From Squalus acanthias (Eukaryota): a DNA stretch of 64,000 nucleotides. This document shows, piece by piece, positions 13,212 to 27,023 of the stretch; position 1 is the stretch's first letter; each line of letters begins with the position of its first letter. The position numbers and the translations under genes were made by a program. The stretch is from positions 77,068,001-77,132,000 of the forward strand of contig CM059432.1 in NCBI GenBank assembly GCA_030390025.1. The letters are read 5' to 3'. The notes beneath the pieces were generated by a model. It did not search any database and was not told the DNA's origin. It worked only from the letters and a program-made list of their open reading frames with translations.

Positions 13212-14319
13212 TGTGGTGTAACAAAAAGTTAAAAAATGTGGTACGTGCTTCTAACATAAAAAGGAGAATTCAAATAAGTATTAATAATTGAAGCCAAAAC
13301 AGCTATATGCACGTTATTTTCTACATTTTAAAAGTAATATGTATGAATGTATTAGGTCATTGTCAATTTTTGTACTTGGTGAATATTTAAAATAACAAAA
13401 TCTAAAAATTCTTCAGAAATAAGTCAATTGTTTTCCTGTCACCTGCTAAAATCTATGAATACATGTTGTATGCATCAGCTGAAAATAGTTTATCTTTTCT
13501 GGCATTTATACTTCATTTCCAGTGGAACAAAATAAGGGTAAAAACCGTTCTGGTAGATGTATTCAACAAGGTAGTTTTTTTTGATGTAACACAACATTTA
13601 CGTAATCATTCTCTTATTAGGAAGATTTTGCTGAACTGTTGACAATGATGTACAGTATTGCTTCGCTGGAATGACGTTTAGGGAAAACGATTCTGCTGCA
13701 CCACCACACAATACCAATTAGAGAACTATTTTCCACGACAGGTCAGAAATTTACATTGTTTCTCGCAGAAAGATGTGCTTTTTAATTTCTTTATTAAGAT
13801 GACATTCATGTCCCTTGCGACTTTTCAGCACGACAATCATTTTGCTCGTCATGTCGGAAACTGCAATCAGCGAAATCGCGTTCCAAGACACCGCCGTGCC
13901 AGCAACTCCAAGCATCGTTTTGTGTTTTCCAATTGAACTGGTTTGGAAAGCATTAATTATTAAAAAAAAATACATGTTTTTCCCAAGCTTTTTGACAAGT
14001 TCTTTTCAAGATAGAAAATAAACAAAAGATTCCATGGCAGAATCAGCACAGCTTTCCACACTCAGAATGGTCCAGGCATGGACTGGAAGATATTCTGAGC
14101 TTTATTCCCAAAGCTAATCTTTAAATGTCTTCCTCTCAGCCTTTGCATGGGAGCTTTGTGCGACTGTGCAATTTTCTTGAGAAAACTTTACTGCCATTTC
14201 CTTAAATACAACAGTTACTAGAAAATTGCTGGGTCATGTGGCTGTACCACAAAAACAAAAAGAATTTACAGCACTAATTGTCAGTGGCAGCCCTGGCTGT
14301 GCTCTATTTGAAAACTCAC

Positions 14320-14453
14320 CTGCGATATGAACCGTGAAGATGTCTCCCCATTTCTGCTGACGAGAAACAAGAAATCCTAAAGGATCTTGACGGAACTCAA
14401 ATGCCTTTCCAAAAAATGGAATCCAGCCTTGTTCGAGTGGTGGCTCTCCAGGT
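14320..14453 (-). CDS. CYP7B1: CYP7B1-like cytochrome P450, internal exon (probable exon 2; proline-rich hinge)
   Basis: Boundaries atatAG|ACCTGGAGAG...ATCGCAG|GTGAGT; 134 nt, phase 2 to 1. Encodes PGEPPLEQGWIPFFGKAFEFRQDPLGFLVSRQQKWGDIFTVHIA and joins exon 3 in frame (G|GC). Not in the ORF track. Confidence 0.9.
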
Positions 14454-15159
14454 CTATATTCAAAAGAGAGAGAGAGAGAGGAAACATAATTTCTTTAAAA
14501 AAATCAACAGAATATTGCTGTAAAGTGAGTTAATTCTCCAAGAACTCTTGTAGCAGTTTTCCCTTTCCAGACAATAAATAAGTAGTGAAATGTTCTTGGT
14601 TATTATATTACTGCTACTGTTTTGTAATATTTAGTATAATAGTTTCACAGCAAATACTGTCCAAATGCTTATTGTTCCCCCTATTTTGTAAATTTATTTT
14701 AACACCATAAAGTAGTATCACTGTGCATTCCTTTTAGGCACTTTTATATCTGCACTTCTGTAGGACAGGTCACGGGAGAATGATATCCGCGCACCACCTC
14801 CTCAGTTTTACAAAACTAAAACCATATTCTGCTGACACAATCATAGACCTGTGGGCCCACAAATCTATCGTCAGCATAGGGGAGACAATTTTGGCAATTT
14901 AAATGCAGGGCCTAATGCACAGATGTTGCTCTCCTGCAACTCAAAACACAGAAGAACCAGATATAAAAGTGCCTCTTTCACTCTTTTTTGTGTGAAAGTT
15001 TGGCTTCTTACTTTTGCCAGACTCTGTGTGATTTCTGTTAAAGTAAAAAAGCCCCAAACTCAATTTTCAAGTTTTGAAATGCAATTTAAAATTGATAATC
15101 AAAACAACATTGAAAAAGTGACAAATTTCAAAGAGGCCAAACTCTGGAACCATTTTATT

Positions 15160-15292
15160 TATGGGACCTTGCTATGTGTAAATTGGCTGCCATGTTTCTC
15201 TACATTATAGCAGTCACTACAATGCATTGGCTGTAAAGCACTTTAGAGCGTCCTGAGGTCACAGAAGGCTCTATGTAAATGCAAGTTCTTTT
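15160..15292 (+). mobile_element. Deu-SINE 3' fragment
   Basis: ATGGGACCTTGCTATGTGTAAATTGGCTGCC...TGGCTGTAAAGCACTTT...TAAATGCAAGTTCTTT matches the tails at 25718-25938 and 51650-51800. Confidence 0.7.
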
Positions 15293-15439
15293 TCTCCCAT
15301 TCCTTCCTCCTTTTATGAAGGCTTTAGCTCCTTGCTGAGCTACAAGTCTAAGGGCATGCAGTATAATCAAGAGCCAAAGTCCAAGAGCTGGCAGTGAGTG
15401 TAGGTGAACTATCTAATGGGATAGCATTACAGTTGCCTC

Positions 15440-15468
<29 letters not shown>
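15440..15468. repeat. (CA)n microsatellite
   Basis: About 14 CA units. Confidence 0.95.
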
Positions 15469-15470
<2 letters not shown>

Positions 15471-18400
15471 TCCAGTGGTGTAAAGTGAGATTGGAGGCTG
15501 ATTTTGCACCCCCCACCTCCCACCATTCCAGGGATGCTGAACCCGATTGTAGCACCCACCTACTTTACTGGCTGAGATCAGATAAATGAGTACAGATTGA
15601 ATATCAAACCATTCGGTGTTTTAACCTACTGAGCTATCGACTGAGCAAAATCATGTGTTTTCTACAGAAACGGCACTAACTGCTGCTTGCTGTCATGCTT
15701 CCTGTGAATTCCAAAGCCAAGTTAAGGATTTTAATATTTAGTCCAAAACAAGAAAAACGGCTAATTTCATACTTTATACAGCAAAATAGCAATAATACAT
15801 CAATAGCAAACTTAAGTGCAAGTTAAGCATCTGAGGGCAAGTTTTAGACAATTAGCAGTACACTCAAAAGCTCACATTAAACCAAGACCAGAGGTAATGT
15901 GGTGAGAGATTCAACAAGGACTGAGCCAAAGGGAACCATTGGAAGTCTGTTTAGGCCTGATATTAGGGCGGTGGGGTGGTTGTGATCAGGGTAGCTGGTC
16001 ATGCAATTTATATCATAAATACTTTTATCACATAATTATCAGGGCTCTGAATGATCTGTGTAACAGGAGGAAATGCATTAGGTGTAGAAAATGGACATAA
16101 TGCTTGTGGAGGGCTAAAAATCAGAGAAACTGGGCAAACATTACTATTAGGAGGAGAAGGGGCAATGCTTAGGTTAGTGCTTCAGCCGTTCCTTCCTTCC
16201 CCAAACACATTTTCTCTTTAAGAACTTTTTTAAAGTACAAAATAAATCATATTTGCCATATTATACTAGCTGAATAGCTGGTCTGACAATTGAAAAATAA
16301 GTGGGCAGTACTGCTTTAATATTAATAACTTGGCCTACTACGTACAATGAGATTAACTCATACAATAATGCAAGTTAGCAGAATGACCTAAAAAAGGATA
16401 CCCAGATTTTAGTACTATAATACTGTTGAGGATTTGTAAGGTTTGATTGGTAAAAAATATTAGTTGAAAGTAGCATCCAGTTTTATGTCAGATATGTTTG
16501 TGCTGAAAAAAATTGCTTTGATCCAATTCCAAACTACAACTTTCACCATTTTAATAAGCTAATTTTACAGTCAAGTGTTAACAGAAAGCTATGAATCAAT
16601 GCCTTTAATTAGTCAATAACATTCAGTATAATTGTTCAATTTAAAAAGGTTACTGCTGCTCCTTCATAGCACGACATTATTTCTCGATGAACTTAAATGT
16701 AATACAACACATAATTACAGTTGATCTTGTTACATTTTAAGAACTTAAAAACAAAAAATTAAATATAAAAATCTGTATTTGCAATTATAAATATATAATA
16801 CTGAACAAAAGGAAGATACTATTTAGAAAGATAAATTTGAATTTCATCACAAATACTAAGATAATTACAGGATTGTATTTTTGTATTTTGCCCATTTTTG
16901 TTAAAATCATGACTTACTGATCCCTTTGTCCCCAGATAAATATCTCTGCTTTACAGTATTTTCTGCAGGCTTTATTTATAAAAAAAAGAAATATTATTCT
17001 ATGAATTAGAATCTTAAAATCCAATACTTTCAGTTTAAGCAATTCAATAAAAGCAGTATTGGACATTACCCATTATTCAACCAATAGTAAGTGACCAAGG
17101 TATAAAATTCTAATCTTTTGATCTTAAACACAGCCAAATGGTTTATTGATGTTAGATAATTGAATGCTGCTGCATGTAATGTAGGTCATTTTATAATCCA
17201 ACTGGTAAAAAAATAAAACAATTGAGAAGCTGATTTAACATTTTAGAGGAATGTTTAATGCAGTTTTATTGAATATTTAAAACAAAATAATTTTCTTGAA
17301 CTTAATTCTAAAGTTACCTTCATGTAATTTTGAAATTATATTAAAGAAAAAGGTGTAACAAAAATTGCAAATAAATGGATTTACTACTGGAGGTTAAAGT
17401 AATTTAATTAAATAAGATTACACATTCCATTTTTCAGTAAAATCAAGGCTTTAATGCATTTTAAAAATGTAATTTATAAAGGTCTAACAACAGGGCAAAT
17501 TAAAAGGTCCAGCTTTCAATGGATGGCTGTAGGAAGATTTTCACTGGTTTCCATTCTAACCATTATGATAATATTTTTAGAAAGAGAAACAATATGATGT
17601 CTCGTCAACCCAGAATTCCTCATTTAGTTTGGCACCATCATGGTTTGATCGGTTCTGCCAGTACAAAAGGAGAAATTACAAATATCAGCAAAGAAAATTG
17701 CTGCGTATAAAACAGTTCCATTCAAGCCCTGGAATGGTAATAATCATTTGATACTTCATGTTACTGCTCTGAAATCATACTGAATTTCAACAATGCTCAT
17801 TTACATTTTGTGCCTCGTACATAGAACTGCTTTGTTTCACCATTTTCATTTGTAAATTTATTACCCTGACTTTGTCGTTAATGAGCTTTAGTCACCCTCC
17901 TAATATAGTAGATTTATTTGTGTGAATTAGCAGAGTTCATGCTGCCTTTTGGGACCATACTTTTCTTCCTGCTGTGTTGATGTGTTCTCAGGCAGTGGCT
18001 CTTATGTATTTTTTTCCTTCCCTTTAGAAGTGTAGTGTTTTACTTTCAATATCCCCATGTAAAATATATGGGTGCCTCTTACCTTATTATTTAAAAGATG
18101 TTTGTTTAAATCTTTCAATTTGCATTCAAATTTTAGTATTTATATATTCTGCATAAATCAGTAATTAAAACAAAGTTCTGTGGCATTATTTTAAATAATA
18201 AAAAGCATCAAGCCAATTGCTTTTATCTCAAAGGTTTTGAGCAAAGCCCCTGTTACAACCTGCAGTATGGATTGTAGAAATAGATAGGATTGCTCTGGCA
18301 ACACCTGGCAATCAGCCTTGTTCTTTAACTATCAATTTACCTTGATTGATTCTACATTGTTCCTTTATACTGCTCAAATATTTTCCTTTATGTAACTATT

Positions 18401-20149
18401 CATTGATACTTGATATTTTGATTTTTGGACTTTATTTTCAAAAAATAATAAACAATTGCAGAAAACAGTTAACTTCTAGTGAGCTTTAAGCAATAAATTT
18501 TCTTGTTTTGATTACCCATATTTTAAAAAAGCATATATTATATTTTGAGGCTGCCACTGTAGCATTATCCAGTAATTTTGTTTGTTCAATAACTGTACCG
18601 CTAGTGTGTTTCCTGTACTGAGCTTTAACTGACACTAATGGATATGCCATGGCGCTATTCATGGTAGATCAGGAACATTATACCATGTAATGCATAAATT
18701 ATTTTGCTGCTAAAGTGCAGCTGTGTGTAACTTAGTGTGTTCCTTTAAGGGCATGAGGTGTAATTGCTGGGCCTTGCTGGGCCAGTGAGAGGCTAATTGT
18801 TGTTTAGCAAATCCTCAGCTCTGACCGACCTTTTTTAAAGTGTGACTCCTGAAGCCAATACAAAGGCATTTTCTGTTGGTGGGGAGGTTCCTCTGTACTT
18901 ACTCTCCCTTTTAAACACTTTTTAAACAAGTTAAACTGAAAGCAGCATGTGTGACACCTAACATGTAATAGGCGCATCTCAAAACTTTTATATTACTAAT
19001 AGGCCTCTCGTGGTGTTGCTCATGTTGAGGCATAAGATTCTCTTTCTTATAAAAATAGATGTGTTTATGCGACCTAAGGCATAACATCATGGCCACTGAT
19101 TTAGAATGACTGCATAAGTCAAATTCCACATTTTCTAAAATGTATTCTAAGATTTTTACTGGTGCTGGTTGGAAATGAGTTTCACAACTTTGTCAATTTT
19201 TCTGTGAAAATTGTAAATGTGAAGCCCTTATATCTGTTATATACTGCATTAAATTCAATATGTAGGGTATGCACCTCACTGAAAACATTCTAAGTAACTG
19301 CAGTACCTGTGACACCTGTAGATCACACTATGATAGGTATTTTCAATGTTAAAGGTGTCACACTGCAACACACAATATCTATTATTTAATAACTAGAGTA
19401 TAGCACCCTGACATTATGCAATATGGCCACCGGCTTCCCATAGCTCAAAATGCTTTCTGAATTTTTTTTCCAACTGCCATTTTTTAAATATGCAAAATAA
19501 GGGTTTAAACAAAATGCTTAATCACAATAACAAGATTCAGTTATCCATTGAACTGTCCTGTGTGTCTTTTAATGCCTTCAAAGTTTTTACTTGAAGACCT
19601 CAACCTGTCTCAAAAGCCTGGGTTTAGGCTTGATCATTTTGCCCAGCGCTATGACTCTGTGAGCTGAATTTTGGTTGTACAGTCTGAGCAAGTACAGTAT
19701 CCTCTGGTTCCCTCATGGTCTGTAATCACCTGTTGCTACATCTTTACTAGCACTTTCTAACTGCCCTCAGGTGAAAGTATCTGAGCTGGTGCCTGGGAGT
19801 GAAGAAGCAAGTGCCACAGGGAGTGAGTTGGAAGGAGTTGGGACAGGAGCTCATGGATGGGCTTCAGTCAATGTTTCTTTCCCTCTTCATTGTGATCCTC
19901 CTTGTTTTTCTACTCATTTTCAGTTGAAAAGGAGGTATTTGTGTCTGTGCTATTTTTCCTACTTCTCATCATCATCTGCCTCCTCCGTGCCCTGGATCTG
20001 CAGGGAAGGAGTGCAGAAGCTAAGAATGAGTAAGCATTATTCCCTTGGGATTAAGGACACAGAGAGGTGGGTGGAAGCCAGTGTTTGTGTAGGCATTCAC
20101 AGGGATGCTAAGGCAACAATGTAGGTCTTCAGTCACTAACGGTGCCAGG

Positions 20150-20800
20150 AATATGGCGCCAACTTTGCCATCTTCCACACCAAGAGCAGAGTGCCTCCCC
20201 ACGAGCTCCAAGTCCTTCTCCTCATAGGGCACGAGTTGTTTTAAGGTGGGGATGTCCCCTCCAGTGGGCCGCCTCTCACAAGCATTTTGCGCCAAATTCT
20301 CCTGCAAGAATATTGAGTAAATGAGAGGAAGGCTGAAAGTTCAGGAGTGTGTGCTAAGTAAATGACTTGGGTGTATCAGCCTGTTAATGTGGAGGAAGGG
20401 TTTTAGGGTTATGTGTAATAATTACTGTTAGGAGAGCTGGGTAACCATAGCACAAGATCCTCAGTTTAAACCCCTCCTTAACCAGAGTATATTGTAAAGG
20501 GTTAGTTGTACAAGTGTTGCTTTAAGAGGGTGATAGTATGGTGCATTCAGTGTGGGCAAGGAAGAATGTGTTATCTTGCTTGTTCTGGTGAGGTCATTAA
20601 AGTTCTTGCAGCACTGGTCTGCAGTCCCTGGGGTGGGAGAGTTGACACTCCGTGCCAGTGCCACCTCTCTCCAGATGGCACGAGTGAGATTCCTGGTAGG
20701 TTTGCTAGCACGGACACCCAGTAGTTTGTGTCTCCATAGCTCAATTTATTCCAGGAGGGTTTTGAGGTCCGAGTCTGTAAAATTCTGGATTCTTCTTTTA
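20150..20800 (-). pseudogene. Decayed Harbinger Myb/SANT-like (NAIF1-type) DNA-binding gene, two exon-like pieces
   Basis: Minus translation gives NPEFTDSDLKTLLE*IELWRHKLLG...AIWREVALARSVNS...DQCCKNFNDLTRTSK, then after a gap ENLAQNACERRPTGGDIPTLKQLVPYEEKDLELVG. This fits the F.D..L..L/W.EVA/QC.K.FNDL/TGGG pattern. One in-frame stop. Confidence 0.7.
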
Positions 20801-21908
20801 TGTCTGGATTGATGAGTGAAGTTATCTAAGAGTTAAATGAGCTCTGCTCCTTCCTTACTAGGATGTCTCCCAGTCTGCTGCTGAAGTGTTCAACCAGAAC
20901 CGTCTTTTTACAAGACTGCACCCTAATTTCCATGCACACCAGCAGATTGCACCTGTTTAACATGGGGTTTACATCAATCACTACTCCAATACAAATGAGC
21001 TGACCCAGGAATCCCCATGTAAATACCTACGTTAATCACCAGTGGATGTAAATCTTTTTCTATTGACGCAACAGCAGCACAAATCACTGCAAGGAAATTC
21101 ACTCCTTTCAAATTTGCTTGACTAAAAGAAAACACTACGAGGGCACCATAACTTTGGGTGGAAGAGCCACCAAAACCCCAGAAAAATGGCAGGAACAGCA
21201 TTTACACTGTATTCCTGGGGTTTCCATCGCTCTTCCACTGAAGTTACAGCAGCTATTTGGGAAAACCCCTGCAGAAATTCACCACCCAGCCCTGTAAGAT
21301 AAGCCATTGGGATTTCCTTTGTATTAAATATTATTGGTTCAAAGTTTTGTCAATCATACATATCGTTGGTCTATTTGCAAATATTCAAATTTAACAACCT
21401 GAGATTTAGCATCTTTATAAAGTACAGTAAAACATTTTAACTGACTGATTCTATATTCATAGTTACTACTATATAAATGATGTATGTCAAAGCATTGAAA
21501 AAATAACTGAACCATGCACAAATGGTGCAATGGTTATAGGTTGAATCTGTGCTAAAAGTGATAAAAACTATTTTCAGCAGATATTAAAATAAACATATTT
21601 ACATAATTTTTCTCTTTAATTTCCTCCCCTTTGATTCACATTTTTGTGTTTACTGCAGGATGCAGCAGTGCGACTAACAGTCGAGCTGGGAACTCGGGCT
21701 ACTTAAAACATCAGCAGAAAAAAAAATCAACATTTCAGGACTGCTGTTTGTTTACACATGCCAGTTTAATGGAAATATATGGTGAAAGTGCTGACATTTT
21801 TTAAGATTCTCCCAGCACATGCTATGGTATGAGGTATTTATATGAAGTATGGCAAATATATGTCACTAGTATTAAAAATGTTCCAAATTTTGTCCATTAG
21901 GATAAAAT

Positions 21909-23208
21909 GGAATTTATGTAGCCACTTTAACCAAGTGCTTGCTGGGTTTCTTTAACACAAAGAAATTACCCCAATTTAACAATTGTAAAAACATTTTCTT
22001 TTAGAATTTATACATTTTTATTTCACATTTTGAGGGTTTTTTCTCCACTCATCTTTTGAGTTTTCCTGTACTACACGTTATTCCCCAAATGAGGATATGG
22101 GCAGCTTATCTGCTATTAGATTCCTGCCAGTCCCTGTCTTGAGCCATCCTTAAGGAGATACCCAGGACCAGTCTTGGTTTCGCCTCTACTTGGTTCCTCC
22201 TCTCACTAAGCTAAACTAATACTGAACTAAAGTATGCTCCTCTTAAGTTGGGATTTAATAACTGACTTTTCTCTTCTGTTGAAGTATTAACAAATTGCTC
22301 AACTGCTATGGAAGAATTATTGAAATAATCAGTGTAAAAGTTACACCTATTGCAAACAGCAAAACAAATACTGCAGCTCGCTGGGTTCACAGGACTCTAA
22401 ACCCTGCCTGATGTAAGCACTGAATTTTATGGTATTAATCATCATGTCTTGAACATACATCCGTGATATTTTGCTATATACTTTGGCAGAGGAAACAATA
22501 CTGTACAGTAAAGCCATCCAAATAGCCACAGTATTACAATCTTTTGAGTTCCTGCTTAGCTTGGCCATATTGGACTGTTCTCGTCACATCAGGGAGTGTT
22601 TCTCTTTGCTTCACTTAATGGTCTGCTAGTTTAAACAGAGAAATAGCAAATGTGTCATTCCTCTTGCCAATCTATTTCAGCTACAGAAATAGATGGCAAG
22701 AGATGAAATAATTTCCGCAAACAATACAGACATTTACATCCCATCTGTGAAGGTGACTTATACTACATGCAGAACAACCCATTTTGATTAATCACAAGAT
22801 ATTTACTGGCTCAGATCTAATCAAAGATCATGGGATCATAGGGTTTTACTGCTATACATTGCATGGGAATTTATGTAGCCACATTAACCCAGTGCTTGCT
22901 GAGTTTCTTTCACACAAAGAAATTACACCCATTTACTATTTACAGAAATGTATTTTATTAATAATTTATACATCTTTATTTCACATTTTGAGGGCTTTCC
23001 CCCCACTCATCTTTCGGGGTTTCCTGTACTGTATGTCATTCCCCAACTGAGGATATGGGCAGCTTATCTGCTATTAGATCTCTGCCAGTGCCTGTCTCGA
23101 GCCATCCCTAAGGAGGTGCCCAGGAGCAGTCTTGGTTAAGCCTTCCTTGGATGATTTCTCTATTATCGTGAGGGAAGGAGTCTCCCTTCTGCTTGGTTCC
23201 TCCTCTCA
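21909..23208. repeat. Diverged local direct duplication (21909-22205 and 22866-23208)
   Basis: Shared colinear blocks GGAATTTATGTAGCCAC, ACACAAAGAAATTAC, TGAGGATATGGGCAGCTTATCTGCTATTAGAT and CTTGGTTCCTCCTCTCA. The second copy has ~50 extra bp. Confidence 0.85.
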
Positions 23209-25717
23209 GGGGGCTTTGCTGAGATCAGGCTCACAATGAAGAGAATCGAGAATGGAAGTACAAACCCATAATCCATAGCTCCAGATCACAGCACCTTCAG
23301 ACAATTTTGCTGCGGTTCTCTTTAAATTCAAAACAATAGCACTTAACAACAGACTGATGCAAGGCTGCTATTTAAATACAGCAAAAGTTTATTTGAAGTA
23401 GTATAAACAGCATATTATCATACCTAGGCCATTACATAAATGACAACAGTTCTGAATTTGCTATTATGGTGCAAGTGAGAAACAAAGTATTTTGTATGCT
23501 GCCAGGTTAAGCAATGTTTCTTCTCTGAATATCAAAGTAATATTTCAGATACATTTTCCACAACAGCATTGCAATTGGTGAGTGGACTGTACTGCAAAAA
23601 TAGCAATGCACACCCAGTATTCACAGGGTTAATTCTGGGTAAAATGGAAATGAAGCAAAGTCTAATCCTAGATTATAGACCAAATCATCAAATCTTGACC
23701 TATGACAACTTACACCATGTCCTCAATTATCCCTTCAAAGCTGATAAAGGATCATGAAAACTCACCTATTATTTAGAAAATTAAGTGCCTGTGGTTGTCT
23801 GTTTTTACTTTATGAACAGACCATTACATTGAATAGGTAACATTGTGACAAATATTTAGATAGGCTTTTTGTCATATTCTAATTTAATGCACCTAATTGT
23901 ACCCTCCACGCTCTGTCATTCGGTCAAAAGCTGTATTCTTCACAGTGTTTCCGCGGGGTAAAAAAGACGCAACTCAAAAATCCAGGGCAAAATTAACTTA
24001 ATGCTCCAGGTCCATGAACTCACATCAGAGAGACGTTTCGCTATCATGGAGACGCGAGGGTCATCGTTTACTTCAGACACGTTTAGATCAGCAGCGATAG
24101 GCTTAACACTATTAAACACCATGTCAAAGAATGTGTGTACCAAAGGAGAAAATCTAACGCTAATTCAACTTACGATGCTCACTTAGCAAAGAAATGCAGC
24201 TCAATTTTCAGCCTTTTTATTACAAACAAGAGATCATTCTGATGCCATTAAGTGTCAAGAAATACAAAGCGACATGCATGCAGTCTCATGAGAATGTTCC
24301 CGTATATCCCAAAGAAACTGCCACTTCTCATGTAGATTATATCCCACTCAAAAGTGAGGGCTCATTGTGTCCCCTAAATATAAATGAAGCGATTTAAAAA
24401 ATATATATGTATTTTATTTCTCATTTTCACGTAATTATATATTTTTTTAATTGTTATTATAAATGGCAGCATATTACAAAATAAATGTTTCAAAATATCA
24501 AATCTTTTGCCAGTATGAGAAAACATTAATCCAGATCTGTCTGGAAGAATTCTGCAATTCATTACCCTATAGTAACCTCTCTTCTGTCTTGCGTGCATAA
24601 CCTTCATCTTTCCCTGTCCTATAATCTTACCTATCTCGTAGTATTTTGTGATTGGTATCTGGAGTTAAGACCACCCTCGCAGCATGTAGAAGTGGCTAAG
24701 AGAGACACTTTCTCTGGCATCACACAGAAATGTCACTCCACAGGAACCCGAGGATTCAGCAGCATACTGTTCAGATTTTCCACAGAAAAGAGGCACCTAC
24801 TGCAGAGGCTTCAAAGCATGGTTCGAGCAGAGATCATCCACAACAGTTTCCTGCCTCTTACTTCTACAATTTCATATTACTGAGGTTTAAATTACACACA
24901 CGGTGAAGGCATGCAATGTTTCCAGACGTCACTTTAATCTACTCACCCTCCCAAAAAACATTCCAGATCTCAGCCACGCAGAGGGAGCTCACCACCGTTA
25001 AGGAGGAAAACTCGTGGGGGCTGCGGCACATAAAGAGGAGTCAGCTTTAAAGGGGCAGAATGGCCCTGAAGATTCTCACTGTAACTTAATTTAATGCCTC
25101 AGATGGAGCTGAGGCTGATACCAGATTACTGACTGAGGACAGAGGAGAAGGAGGGGGAACCACTACAAAGCCCTCTCCTTCCAAAAGTGTCTTCAGTAGG
25201 CTTTCCGCCACTGCCACAGGACGTACCGCCAGCTCTCTCCTGATGGTAGCTGTGGCTGACGCCAATCTGCTATCATTTGAATGTGGCAGGTCAATTAAGG
25301 GTCGGGCAGCTAGGTTCCCTTCTGGGAATGGCGGAGGAAAATGTCAAGATTTCAGGTTGGATAGCACAGGAAAATTCAGCCCCTGTATCCAAAAAGTGCT
25401 AATAAACGGTTAATGGGTTGAAATTTGGCTGTGTGATATTAGTAATTAGTATGCAACACATTTGTGTGAAATTCCTGTCTGTTATTTTAATGAAGAAGTT
25501 AACCTGTTTAAAATATAACTTAGTATGTTTTGAACTGAGCCTTCTGATGTTATTAGCACACAAATTTCTCCACCAAATGAATGTTGCTAGTTTGCTTTTC
25601 AACAACAGTAACATAAGATGAACTGTGAAACACCACTAGGAATGCAGGTATTCCCTCTTTATAACAATGTTTATGATTACAATGCAATCAACAGGAAAAC
25701 AGTTTCCTTTAATTGAG

Positions 25718-25938
25718 GTGTCCTGGCCAATATTTATCCCTCAATCAACATCACTAAAACAGATTATCTGGTCATTATCACATTGTTGTTTGTGGGAGCT
25801 TGCTGTGCGCAAATTGGCTGCCGCGTTTCCACCATTACAATAGTGACTACACTTCAAAAAGTACTTCATTGGCTGTAAAACGCTTTGAGACGTCTGGTGG
25901 TTGTGAAAGGCGCTATATAAATGCAAGTCTTTCTTTTC
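25718..25938 (+). mobile_element. Deu-SINE 3' half
   Basis: GGTGTCCTGGCCAATATTTATCCCTCAATCAAC...TTTGTGGGAGCTTGCTGTGCGCAAATTGGCTGCC...GCGCTATATAAATGCAAGTCTTTCTTT. Confidence 0.8.
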
Positions 25939-27023
25939 AATGGTCTTAATAATATAAGGTATGAACATTTCTTCTACAAGTTCAGCAATATTGGTAATTT
26001 TATTAAGACCAATAGTCACCTGATCTTACTAGCAGAGCACTGTTAAAAGAGAAGATACAAATACTCAGGGGAACTTTAACCCACCCCGCCCAGCAGGATT
26101 GGAGTAGACGCGTAGATAAATGGCTATGCAAAGACTTACCACCCCATTCCTGCCTGCCACAATCTTAAATAGGTCCTTTTTTTAGGCAGCAAAGGCGCCT
26201 ACTTGACCCAAGCGGGAGCCTCAGTAACATATGCTAATCTGGGTCCTATGATGTCCATAGGACACCGATGGCATTTTAAGGGCCTACTGAGTGGAGTGCC
26301 TGCCGTGGGCGCCCAGCTCAGTAAAAATCTGTCAAGGAATAAGTAGAGGCCCTGTAAGGGAAGTCAAAAACTTTCCTTAGTGGGGCAATGAGGAGCAGGA
26401 GTTCTCCTTTGTTGCCCTGGGCTCCTCCCCCCACTTTCACCTGCCAAGTGGCCCCAAACACCCACCCACAACTTAGCTTGGTGCCAGTGGGTGGCCTCTG
26501 GGCCCCGTGATTTTGATCTGCTGAAAGCCAGTCAGCTGCCTCTTTCCGTCTGTTCCAGGCAGGCAGCTGACAGGCGAGATGTAAATGAGGCCTGACTGCT
26601 AAAAATCGGCCCCACGGAGACTCCAGGCAGGAAGACTGTCAATCCCCCAAACCCCCACTACAGCTTCCTGCCTGGGAGCTAAACTCCACCCTTCAGTCAG
26701 GGGATATTGACAGAATTAGTTAGAATACTTGCTCACCTAGAAGCATCAAGAGAAAGATGAGAGATGAAGAAGCTCTACCACTGCTCACCTCCCCTACCCA
26801 TCCAAAGATGTAATTAGCTCTTTAGTAATTAACTGATCCAAAGGAAGACAGAGCCTTAGGTCACTGTGAACCTATACGGAACGGTCTTTCTGCATCTTCA
26901 AGAAATGTGTATGAAATGCCTATGAACTCTGTGACAGAATAATCCTTGATATTCTAAGACTAGAAATCATTGATGGTGGTAATAGTGAACTAACACTTAA
27001 CGCGTATGGTTGTCTGCTATGTT

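Noticed and set aside
23940..24190. CpG-containing short ORFs on both strands
   Set aside because: No recognisable domain or convincing splice sites.
24631..24700. Candidate CYP7B1 exon 1 (minus-strand AG|GTAAG donor in phase 2)
   Set aside because: The frame hits a stop 21 codons upstream, with no ATG and no hydrophobic anchor.
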